Below are positions 12,885 to 19,663 of a stretch of 43,578 bases of DNA, one piece after another. The DNA comes from a virus. The stretch lies in IMG/VR virus record IMGVR_UViG_3300045988_008873; one strand, given 5' to 3'. Each line of letters starts with the position of its first letter. Positions within the stretch are counted from its first letter, which is position 1. The translations under genes were made by a program, and so were the position numbers. The notes beneath the pieces were generated by a model. That model did not search any database, was not told the origin of the DNA, and worked only from the letters and a program-made list of their open reading frames with translations.

Positions 12885-12950
12885 TTTGACACGTAAAACA
12901 CAATTTTGACACGCATTTTTGCCACGGAATTTGCCACGCTTTTTGCCTCG
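12885..12950 (+). repeat. Arm-type repeats on the right side of attP: 5 copies of TTTG(A/C)C(A/T)CG.
   Basis: Copies at 12885, 12905, 12918, 12930 and 12942. Confidence 0.55.
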
Positions 12951-13295
12951 TCATAGGGACTTTATTTTTCTTAAAACAGAATCATATACCCTCCGGTTTA
13001 CAAGTGAAAGCGTGTCCATGAGTTCATCAACGACCGTCCAAGCCTTTGCCGGGTCTTTCTCGGCTACCGCAAGCAAAAAATCGCTGTCCCCATACTCGCC
13101 AACGGTAGCCGGTTCTGCGGTCACAGGAGCGGGAGCACCAGAGTAGTAACCCACAAACTTATCTCTGGCATTCTCCGCTCCCTGCATCTTGTCGCGTATC
13201 ACATATAGGTTCGCCAGCTTGGCATAATTGGGATAGCTGGATTCTTCGTATTCCAGCCGTGCTATTTCCTTTCGGATTTCGGCCTCATCCAGCAT
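12951..13295 (-). CDS. Hypothetical protein (114 aa); last gene of the cargo operon.
   Basis: SD taaggaggg is upstream and the composition is protein-like. Confidence 0.6.
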   Translation of the reverse strand: MLDEAEIRKEIARLEYEESSYPNYAKLANLYVIRDKMQGAENARDKFVGYYSGAPAPVTAEPATVGEYGDSDFLLAVAEKDPAKAWTVVDELMDTLSLVNRRVYDSVLRKIKSL

Positions 13296-13307
13296 GTCTT
13301 TCCCTCC

Positions 13308-13679
13308 TTATGCTCTGTCAATCTGCTCCATGCAGCGCCGGATAGCATCGCGCGTCTTATCATCGTCTGCGTCGCGCATCATGTCTTCCAACGTCGAGCG
13401 CATATGTTCCCGAGCATCTGTCCGGCTGTATCGCCCCATAGAATCGCGATGCCTGCCACGGTAGGAGCTGCCCCGACCATACGTGCCGCGCATATCGGCT
13501 TCCCACTCGCCGTCGCGGGAATAGCCTCCGTCCTCAAGCATTTCGATTTTATAAGTGTTCTTGATGGAGCTTGTCAGCTTCTGGATTGCGTCCAAGTCAC
13601 CGGCGGACATTTCGCGCTTGTCGGCGATTTCGTCAAGCTCTTTGCAGAGCATTTCCCGAAGGTTTCTCAAATCGTACAT
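13308..13679 (-). CDS. Hypothetical charged protein (123 aa from MYDLRN).
   Basis: AAGGGAGGAAGG lies directly upstream of the ATG at 13679. Confidence 0.6.
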   Translation of the reverse strand: MYDLRNLREMLCKELDEIADKREMSAGDLDAIQKLTSSIKNTYKIEMLEDGGYSRDGEWEADMRGTYGRGSSYRGRHRDSMGRYSRTDAREHMRSTLEDMMRDADDDKTRDAIRRCMEQIDRA

Positions 13680-13693
13680 ATTCCTTCCTCCCT

Positions 13694-14116
13694 TCATGCT
13701 ACTCTCTCGACGGTCAGATTGCTGTTCGCGAAATTGACCGCCTGCGCACTTGTATTACGCATACCTACCGTCACACAGCAGCCCTTCGGTACGCAGACCT
13801 GTGCAGAGACGTAGATATTAAAATAATTCTCGACTGCTGCCGGAGTGACCGTAGCCGTAGCGCTTGCCAGTGCTTCGCCGTTGATGGAAAGCGCTGCGGT
13901 AATCGCTTCGACCGTGCCGCCGGTCGGGATGGCGATGTTGCCGCCGTAGGAAATTTTGAAAACTGCCCTACACTGGTTTGTCAGCCCGCGAAGCGTCACA
14001 AGCCCACTTCCCTCTCGATGTACAATGCACGGCTTGCTGCTGATCGTCGTTTCCGTCAGAGGCACATTCTGCCCGGCGGCAATTGTCTGAATGTTTACAT
14101 TCGTAAATTCTGCCAT
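13694..14116 (-). CDS. BclA C-terminal-domain-like (TNF/C1q jelly-roll-like) protein (140 aa).
   Basis: All-beta composition. The C-terminal NSNLTVERVA resembles the BclA end SASIIIEKVA. This is a recollection-based call. Confidence 0.4.
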   Translation of the reverse strand: MAEFTNVNIQTIAAGQNVPLTETTISSKPCIVHREGSGLVTLRGLTNQCRAVFKISYGGNIAIPTGGTVEAITAALSINGEALASATATVTPAAVENYFNIYVSAQVCVPKGCCVTVGMRNTSAQAVNFANSNLTVERVA

Positions 14117-14158
14117 AAAATCATTCCTTTCTGCCTCGAATTCGAGGCAATTAAAATA

Positions 14159-14182
14159 GCGGCGGGACGATTGCCCCGCCGC
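14159..14182 (-). terminator. Intrinsic terminator within the cargo operon.
   Basis: On the minus strand: gcggcggg, an 8-nt loop, cccgccgc, then tattttaa. Confidence 0.5.
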
Positions 14183-14249
14183 GTTGATCGAGTATCGGCA
14201 AGGAACCGATCATTTCCGTGAGTCCACGAAAAAGCTCTACGTTATGGAG

Positions 14250-15011
14250 TTAAGCGCAGTTGCCGCAGCCGTAGTTATAGCCGCTGTTGCAGCAGTACGG
14301 ATTTGCGACCACATAGGCCGGGCTCGGGCTCGGGCGGAGCGTGGACACAAGGTAGTTGTTCTGCGCCGCCTGAGAAGCCGCCAGCTGTGCCGCAAAGAGC
14401 TGCTGGTTCTGCTCGGCAATCTTCGCGTCCTTCGCTGCAAGCTCCTGCGCCGTCAATCTCTGGTCAATGCTGCGGAAGCCGCAGTTCATCGCGTCGATGA
14501 TGTCGCGAGTGCTGTTCTGCACGGTGTTGCGGGTGTCGCATGCCTGCGTCGCGAGGTTATAATTGATACCCTGAATCGCCTCTCTGGTCTCGCAGCAGCA
14601 GTTTGCAGCCTGCATCGCCATGTTGTTCAGCTGCTGCATAAGCGCGGCCTGCTGATTGCAGCGGGAAAGCTCCGCCTGAGAGAAGCCGGAAGTCACAGCC
14701 TGCGTTACACCGGCAAAGCCGTTAAGCATCCCCGTGTTCATCGCATAGAAGCCGTCGCAGATACCATTGTTCACGACGTCAATCTTTCTTTCGATGTTCG
14801 AGAAGTCAGAGGCCAGAACATAGCCGTCAACAACGCCGCCGCTGTTCCCTCCACGATTGCCAAAGCCGTTTCCGTTACCCCAGCCGCAGAAAATTGCGAG
14901 GAACAGGATAATGATCCACCAGCCATTACCGCCGCCCCATCCGTTGCCGCCGTCCGAGTTTGCCGGAACTACAGGCATGTTCATAGGAATACCATCGCCA
15001 TTCAAACTCAT
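14250..15011 (-). CDS. Gly/Asn-rich, single-pass membrane, Cys-rich coiled-coil protein (253 aa).
   Basis: GGNGWGGGNGWWIIILFLAIFCGWGNGNGFGNRGGNSGG is followed by ANCCCETRE and then NPYCCNSGYNYGCGNCA. The SD is aaaggag. Confidence 0.65.
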   Translation of the reverse strand: MSLNGDGIPMNMPVVPANSDGGNGWGGGNGWWIIILFLAIFCGWGNGNGFGNRGGNSGGVVDGYVLASDFSNIERKIDVVNNGICDGFYAMNTGMLNGFAGVTQAVTSGFSQAELSRCNQQAALMQQLNNMAMQAANCCCETREAIQGINYNLATQACDTRNTVQNSTRDIIDAMNCGFRSIDQRLTAQELAAKDAKIAEQNQQLFAAQLAASQAAQNNYLVSTLRPSPSPAYVVANPYCCNSGYNYGCGNCA

Positions 15012-15092
15012 AGTTTTCTCCTTTCGTAGATTTTGAAATTTATCTCAATCGTGGCCACGATTTTGACCGTTCAGCTGTTCGGAATTTCCGAA

Positions 15093-15308
15093 CTACTGCA
15101 TCAACTGCTGAAACTGCCCAGCCATCTGCTGGAGCTGGTTCAACTGCTGCTGCGAGATTTTCCCAGACTGTACCAGCTTCTCAACCTCCGCCCTCGGGTC
15201 TCCCTGAAAGCTCTTCTTGAACTGCTGAAACTGCCGCATCATATTTTGAAACTGTCCCATCACTCCAGGCATTTGCCCGCCGCCGAGCGCGTTAAACAGA
15301 GGATTCAT
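15093..15308 (-). CDS. Gln-rich small protein (71 aa).
   Basis: FQNMMRQFQQFKKSFQ...QQQLNQLQQMAGQFQQLMQ. The SD is gaaggagg. Confidence 0.55.
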   Translation of the reverse strand: MNPLFNALGGGQMPGVMGQFQNMMRQFQQFKKSFQGDPRAEVEKLVQSGKISQQQLNQLQQMAGQFQQLMQ

Positions 15309-15762
15309 TGTCTGCCTCCTTCACCTTTCTAACGGGCTTGACGCTCAGAGCCGCCACCTTTGCCGCCAGTTCGTCAAAGTCCTTGCGGGTCACGTATTCC
15401 ACCGTAGGAACTGTTTGTGGCGCTGTGGGGCTCACAGGGGCTGTAGAGCGCTCTACAAGGTCATACGTTGTCATTGCTGGTTTACCGCTTGCGTCGGCTT
15501 TCTTCACATACACAACCGGCGCATTCATATCCCAAAGCGTGACGGCGTTATTTGGCGCGACGATAAATTCGTTTGCCGCCTTTTCGTTCGGAACCCAGAT
15601 GATAGACTGTCCCCCGCTCGGCTGCTGTGACTGAGGTTGCGGAGTCGGATACTGCATCGACGGCGCAGGCTGATACTGTGGACGCATCATTGGTTCCTGC
15701 ATCATGGGCGGCTGATTGTAAATCGGCTGCTGATACACATAAGGCTGTTGTCCGAACATCAT
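15292..15762 (-). CDS. Protein with a Pro/Gln-rich N-terminus (156 aa).
   Basis: MMFGQQPYVYQQPIYNQPPMMQEPMMRPQYQPAPSMQYPTPQPQSQQ is followed by a globular C-terminal half. The SD is aaaggagg. Confidence 0.6.
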   Translation of the reverse strand: MMFGQQPYVYQQPIYNQPPMMQEPMMRPQYQPAPSMQYPTPQPQSQQPSGGQSIIWVPNEKAANEFIVAPNNAVTLWDMNAPVVYVKKADASGKPAMTTYDLVERSTAPVSPTAPQTVPTVEYVTRKDFDELAAKVAALSVKPVRKVKEADNESSV

Positions 15763-16151
15763 TTATCCTCCTTTTCCCAGTAGAACAGTGGGATTTCGTT
15801 CCCGGAATCCCAGCTATCGAAATACTTTCCGTCCTCTACGCACACGACGTGGCTTGATAGAGCGAGTACATACACGCCGCGCGGATGGTCTCTTGCGAAT
15901 TCCTCGACCGTATAGCAGTCCGGGCATGTGTTCGGCACAACGTTCCTGGTAAATCCCTGCTGCCGGAGGTACGCGCCCCAGACACTGTTTGCCGACGGCA
16001 TGTCCCCCATCTTCAACCCTTGTAGGCAAAGCCCAACGTATGTTTCATCCCAGCTCTTTCCCGCCGCCTTTGAGATCGCCCGGACGGTACAGTCTCCGAC
16101 TTGTTTTCCTTCCGGGTTCGGATTGAAATAAGAAAAGCCCATACCGAACAC
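15759..16151 (-). CDS. Putative papain-fold cysteine peptidase or amidase (130 aa).
   Basis: Candidate Cys-His-Asp arrangement: QVGDCTVRAIS, then LSSHVVCVEDG, then FDSWDSG. Confidence 0.4.
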   Translation of the reverse strand: MFGMGFSYFNPNPEGKQVGDCTVRAISKAAGKSWDETYVGLCLQGLKMGDMPSANSVWGAYLRQQGFTRNVVPNTCPDCYTVEEFARDHPRGVYVLALSSHVVCVEDGKYFDSWDSGNEIPLFYWEKEDK

Positions 16152-16217
16152 TCCTTTGATGTGTCCAGTATGGGCTTTTTCGTATTTTCGTGTGCCTCAG
16201 TTGTGCCTCAATTTTGC

Positions 16218-16700
16218 TTATCTCATCATCTCTTTAAAATATGCTATGCTCCAAACGCCTTGCTGCTCGAGTGTAAGACATTTGTCAAAGTTGGCCGTAA
16301 ACGTTTCGATGTCGATTTTGCCGTACTGTTCGGCGATTTCGCGGTCGATATCTTCCGTTGCCTTGCCCATCGCGTGGAGCTTGCGGACCATAATGGTCGC
16401 CCACTTGACGGGGAAACGCTGCGCATTGTCAATGTCGCTCTGGCTCCGTGTATTTGTGGCCTTGCGGCAAATCGCAAAGATCGTCGCCAGCGCCTGAATC
16501 TGCTCGGTTTTCATATCAGATACCTCCTTGTTTATATACTTACCAATCCACCCACGCAGGAGTTCATTGGGTGTTGTCCCGTCCTCTTTCGCTGCTGCCT
16601 TAAATTCTTCAGCAACTTCACGCCTCACTCTCGCAGCGACGTTTGTCATGTTTTCGGCCTGCCACTTTGCAGTGGCGCGGCGCTGCGAATCGCTCTGCAT
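16218..16700 (-). CDS. Ribbon-helix-helix domain protein (160 aa from MQSDSQ).
   Basis: The N-terminus MTNVAARVRREVAEEFKAAAKEDGTTPNELLRGWIGKYI has the RHH pattern. GGAGGTGG precedes the ATG at 16700. Confidence 0.55.
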   Translation of the reverse strand: MQSDSQRRATAKWQAENMTNVAARVRREVAEEFKAAAKEDGTTPNELLRGWIGKYINKEVSDMKTEQIQALATIFAICRKATNTRSQSDIDNAQRFPVKWATIMVRKLHAMGKATEDIDREIAEQYGKIDIETFTANFDKCLTLEQQGVWSIAYFKEMMR

Positions 16701-16714
16701 AGTTCCACCTCCAA

Positions 16715-17083
16715 TCAGCAAGGCATGGGGTCGTCGAGGTCCGCCGCGCGGCGCAAGGCTGCTTTTACAGCCTCAAGGTCGAAACTCTCAACGGGCTCCG
16801 AATTCGCAACCATCATCTCTGCCATGATATCGCCGGTTTCGGCCATGTAAACCTGCGCGTTCACGGCATTCGCGAAGCGGGTCAGCAGATCGGCTCCGTC
16901 TTTATACGGTGCCATTTTCTTTTCGCGGTCTGCTCTGATCGCCGCGAATTCAGTCTCCGTGATAAACCCTTCGCACATAAACTTGTGCGCCGTTTCCACC
17001 TCCGCATAAATTCTACTTTCGATGGTGCTGAGTTTATTTGACGCGTAGTAAAGTTTCTTTGTATTGATGCTCTTGATTTCCAT
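16715..17083 (-). CDS. Hypothetical protein (122 aa); first gene of the cargo operon.
   Basis: SD gggaggga is upstream. The gene lies about 38 nt downstream of the predicted TSS. Confidence 0.6.
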   Translation of the reverse strand: MEIKSINTKKLYYASNKLSTIESRIYAEVETAHKFMCEGFITETEFAAIRADREKKMAPYKDGADLLTRFANAVNAQVYMAETGDIMAEMMVANSEPVESFDLEAVKAALRRAADLDDPMPC

Positions 17084-17128
17084 TGTTTGTTCCCTCCCGG
17101 CTTTCGCCTTGCTTTATCTTATGGCCTT

Positions 17129-17157
17129 ATTATATAGTGTTAAACACTATATGTCAA
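17129..17157 (-). promoter_or_regulatory. Consensus promoter TTGACA, 17-nt spacer, TATAAT, with a 21-bp perfect palindrome filling the spacer.
   Basis: On the minus strand: TTGACA (17157..17152), tatagtgtttaacacta, TATAAT (17134..17129). The palindrome atatagtgtt-a-aacactatat is at 17132..17152. Confidence 0.75.
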
Positions 17158-17169
17158 GTACTTTTTTGT

Positions 17170-17206
17170 AAAAATACAAAAAATAAGCGCCGATTCCTCG
17201 GCGCTT
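17170..17206 (-). terminator. Intrinsic terminator ending the late/lysis transcript.
   Basis: On the minus strand: aagcgccg, loop aggaat, cggcgctt, then attttttgtattttt. Confidence 0.75.
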
Positions 17207-17209
17207 ATT

Positions 17210-17458
17210 TCAGCTATACAGTTTGCTCGACGTTTCTTTCATCCGCGCCATAATGTCAGGAAGCCGCCTCTGTACTGTGGCACGGCCAAGATACAATTCC
17301 GTAGCAACGTCCACTTGTGGAAGCTTATCCACAAAGTAGAGCTGCGCAATCTTTGCGTCTTCGCGGCCGAGATTCGATTGGTAAATAACCGTCTCCATAT
17401 CCCGGCGCATCAGTCCGCCAAGCTCCGGCGGTAATTTGCATCTGGCTTGTGGAGCCAT
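17210..17458 (-). CDS. Small HTH protein resembling sigma-70 region 4 (82 aa).
   Basis: AQLYFVDKLPQVDVATELYLGRATVQRRLPDIMARMK resembles sigma region 4 or a LuxR-type HTH. Confidence 0.5.
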   Translation of the reverse strand: MAPQARCKLPPELGGLMRRDMETVIYQSNLGREDAKIAQLYFVDKLPQVDVATELYLGRATVQRRLPDIMARMKETSSKLYS

Positions 17459-17470
17459 AGCCCCGCCCCC

Positions 17471-18163
17471 TTACTTCATCGCTTTTGCAAGTTTCTTCAA
17501 GAGGTCATCGCCGTACTTATAGGCGGCGAGATAGTTGATCGTGCCGTCGGTCAAACCGGCTCTTGCCTTGATCGTCCGCTTGGCTTCTTCCACGGACTCG
17601 TCGACCTTTACGGTGTCGTACTCGACCCACGGGAGCTTTCCGTGCTTCTGCCACTTGCGGGCGTGGTAGCCTGCTTTCGTGCCGATGTTCTGGACGGCGG
17701 TGATCTGTGCGCCGTTGTCCCAGATCGGGGTGCATTCGACCGCCAGACCGTCACCGATGTACATGCCCCAGTGCCCAGGCATCCAGAGGCCTTCGCCGGG
17801 AATGAGCTTGTCCCAGCCGGTCGTGGATACGTCCTTGCACTTTGCGATCATGCCGTCGGCGGACACGTCCGGGACGCTGTTCGACGCGTACCTTGCGCCG
17901 CCGTAGTAGGCGTTTTTGTTGCCGTCCCAGCCCCAGAGAATGCCCTTTGTCAGGTTCACGCAGTCAAAGCCATAGACAACTTTCCCGATGAGGCTGCGCA
18001 GATATGTGACCCTGCCGCCGGTGTACCAGTCCGGGTACTGGGCGGATTTCTCGTCAATGATCGTCTCGCCTACAGGGGAGCCGAAGCAGCCCCACATGTA
18101 GACGGTCTTGTAATTCTTCGCAACGTCAATGTGCCTGCGCACAAGCTCGGATGCTTTCATCAT
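17471..18163 (-). CDS. Endolysin, NlpC/P60-like cysteine peptidase.
   Basis: YGFDCVNLTKG carries the candidate catalytic Cys and PGHWGMYIGDG the His. The gene follows the holins directly. Confidence 0.65.
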   Translation of the reverse strand: MMKASELVRRHIDVAKNYKTVYMWGCFGSPVGETIIDEKSAQYPDWYTGGRVTYLRSLIGKVVYGFDCVNLTKGILWGWDGNKNAYYGGARYASNSVPDVSADGMIAKCKDVSTTGWDKLIPGEGLWMPGHWGMYIGDGLAVECTPIWDNGAQITAVQNIGTKAGYHARKWQKHGKLPWVEYDTVKVDESVEEAKRTIKARAGLTDGTINYLAAYKYGDDLLKKLAKAMK

Positions 18164-18399
18164 TTCTTTTCGCCCTCCTGCGGCGTACCCGCACTGTCAA
18201 GCACATCCTGCGTCTTCTGGGACTGGGTGCCGAAATAAAACGCGATGATGACCGCATAAATGGTCATAAAGTCCTGCGAGATTTTGCCCGCGACGGACAT
18301 GTACGCAAACACACCCGTCAGCGTGAGCGTGACCAGACTCTTGACACTGAGCAAATTGCCCAGCCGCTTTTTGATATTATCCATATGTACCCCTTTCAT
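18160..18399 (-). CDS. Holin (79 aa).
   Basis: Two TM segments (LVTLTLTGVFAYMSVAG and FMTIYAVIIAFYFG) with a charged C-terminus. Confidence 0.65.
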   Translation of the reverse strand: MKGVHMDNIKKRLGNLLSVKSLVTLTLTGVFAYMSVAGKISQDFMTIYAVIIAFYFGTQSQKTQDVLDSAGTPQEGEKK

Positions 18400-18668
18400 T
18401 CTACCGGTTCATTCTTTTTTGCGAATACTCTCTTGAAAGCCAGCAAGCCCAGCTCTGAGACTGCTGCGCCCCCGGCATAGCCGAGCACGTCAGACAGGTC
18501 GACCGACGTACCCAGCTCCGGGTTACTTCCGACTGCGATTAGGACAGCGATGGTTTTCAGCGCGCACGCCCAGATCAGCACCATCGTCAGGAGTCTGAGC
18601 AGATAGATGACGATGGTGCGCGCCATCTCGCCTTTGCTCCACTTGCCCTTTACTCGCATATCAGCCAC
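18396..18668 (-). CDS. Holin-like membrane protein (90 aa).
   Basis: Hydrophobic segments IVIYLLRLLTMVLIWACALKTIAVLIAV and GYAGGAAVSELGLLAF. Confidence 0.55.
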   Translation of the reverse strand: MADMRVKGKWSKGEMARTIVIYLLRLLTMVLIWACALKTIAVLIAVGSNPELGTSVDLSDVLGYAGGAAVSELGLLAFKRVFAKKNEPVE

Positions 18669-18960
18669 CCAGCCCCGCCAGAGCCAGCGCGTAGCCTACC
18701 AGCCCCGCGACGATCGCTGTCACGGCTGCCTTGATAAGCCCCTCCCAGCGGCTGCCGGGGAGCGCCTTGAGGGCTTTCACGTCGGTCTTGATCTCGTTCA
18801 CGTTCGACTCGATCGTCTCCTGCTTCGTCGCCAGCACTTCTACGGATGTAGCCAGCTGGTGAAGCGCCTTGTTGTCCGCCTCGAGCTCGTCGATGCGGTG
18901 CTGGTTGGATTTGCAGCGCGCGTCGATCGCTGCGACCTGCGCCTGAATTCCGTCGTCCAT
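18661..18960 (-). CDS. xhlA: XhlA-family haemolysin-like lysis protein.
   Basis: An N-terminal coiled coil (RIDELEADNKALHQL...) is followed by a C-terminal TM segment AAVTAIVAGLVGYALALAGLGG. Confidence 0.6.
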   Translation of the reverse strand: MDDGIQAQVAAIDARCKSNQHRIDELEADNKALHQLATSVEVLATKQETIESNVNEIKTDVKALKALPGSRWEGLIKAAVTAIVAGLVGYALALAGLGG

Positions 18961-18990
18961 ATCTGTCTCCTTTCTCGCCCGGAGGCGGCG

Positions 18991-19392
18991 CTATACTTTC
19001 TGCCAGACCGTCGGGGCGACCGTCGGGGTAAACACATTTCCGTCCATGAGCGACTCATACAGCTTGTCTCCCCACCATCCCTTCTCGCCCTTTGCGAAGG
19101 CCAGCGTGGAGGTAATTACTTCGGGGATGATCCTGTACCCGTCCCGGTACTGCACGTCCTCCCAGAGCGTAGGCGCTTTGTCGGGCGTGTTCTGTTCGGT
19201 GTCCCAGAGGTCGACGGCGGCTTTTTTGATCTTGCCGTGCCAGTTGATGCGCGTGCCTGCTTTGACGAGGCTGCCGCCGCCGGTCAGCGTCCCCAGGAGC
19301 TCCGGCGCGAGGCTGACTGTTTTATCGTCCAAAGCGTTTGCCGCCTGTTCGATGTACGGGCGCATTTTCTTGGCCCTATCCGTGTACGTCAT
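18991..19392 (-). CDS. Hypothetical protein (133 aa) at the distal end of the tail-fibre cluster.
   Basis: ORF with protein-like composition. Confidence 0.55.
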   Translation of the reverse strand: MTYTDRAKKMRPYIEQAANALDDKTVSLAPELLGTLTGGGSLVKAGTRINWHGKIKKAAVDLWDTEQNTPDKAPTLWEDVQYRDGYRIIPEVITSTLAFAKGEKGWWGDKLYESLMDGNVFTPTVAPTVWQKV

Positions 19393-19661
19393 GCCGTTTC
19401 CTCCCCCAGCAAGATTTTCGCCGCCGTCTCGGTGTCGATCAGCCGCTCACGCAGCTGCTCCGGGTTTGCCGTCTCGATGTCAAAATCGTCTGTGACGAGT
19501 TTGCTGGTTTCCTTGTAGGTGTACGGCGCGCCGTCAACGTCGATGGCCTCGGCGTATTCAACGCCCGTCTCCACCTGCCGGATGAGATAGCCCGCATCCG
19601 AGTACGTTTTGTACAGTTCCACGCCGTCTGTGCGCGTTTTGTAGTGCTCTCTTACGATCAT
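19389..19661 (-). CDS. Hypothetical protein (90 aa, internal start MIVREHY).
   Basis: A G-rich SD lies before the ATG at 19661. The longer form overprints the fibre gene. Confidence 0.5.
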   Translation of the reverse strand: MIVREHYKTRTDGVELYKTYSDAGYLIRQVETGVEYAEAIDVDGAPYTYKETSKLVTDDFDIETANPEQLRERLIDTETAAKILLGEETA

Positions 19662-19663
19662 GC

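Noticed and set aside
14184-15029. Large plus-strand ORFs antisense to structural or cargo genes, for example 14184..15029, 17447..18238, 18607..19518, 20817..21728, 21460..22503, 26898..28106 and 31900..32658.
   Set aside because: These are typical antisense shadow ORFs in GC-rich coding DNA. Their products are Arg/Ala/Pro/Ser-rich, they have no SD, and each is fully covered by a minus-strand gene with recognisable motifs.
17210-17458. The small HTH protein after the endolysin, considered as a full alternative sigma factor.
   Set aside because: It is only 82 aa and resembles region 4 alone. No region 2 (-10 recognition) is present, so it is called a generic HTH regulator.
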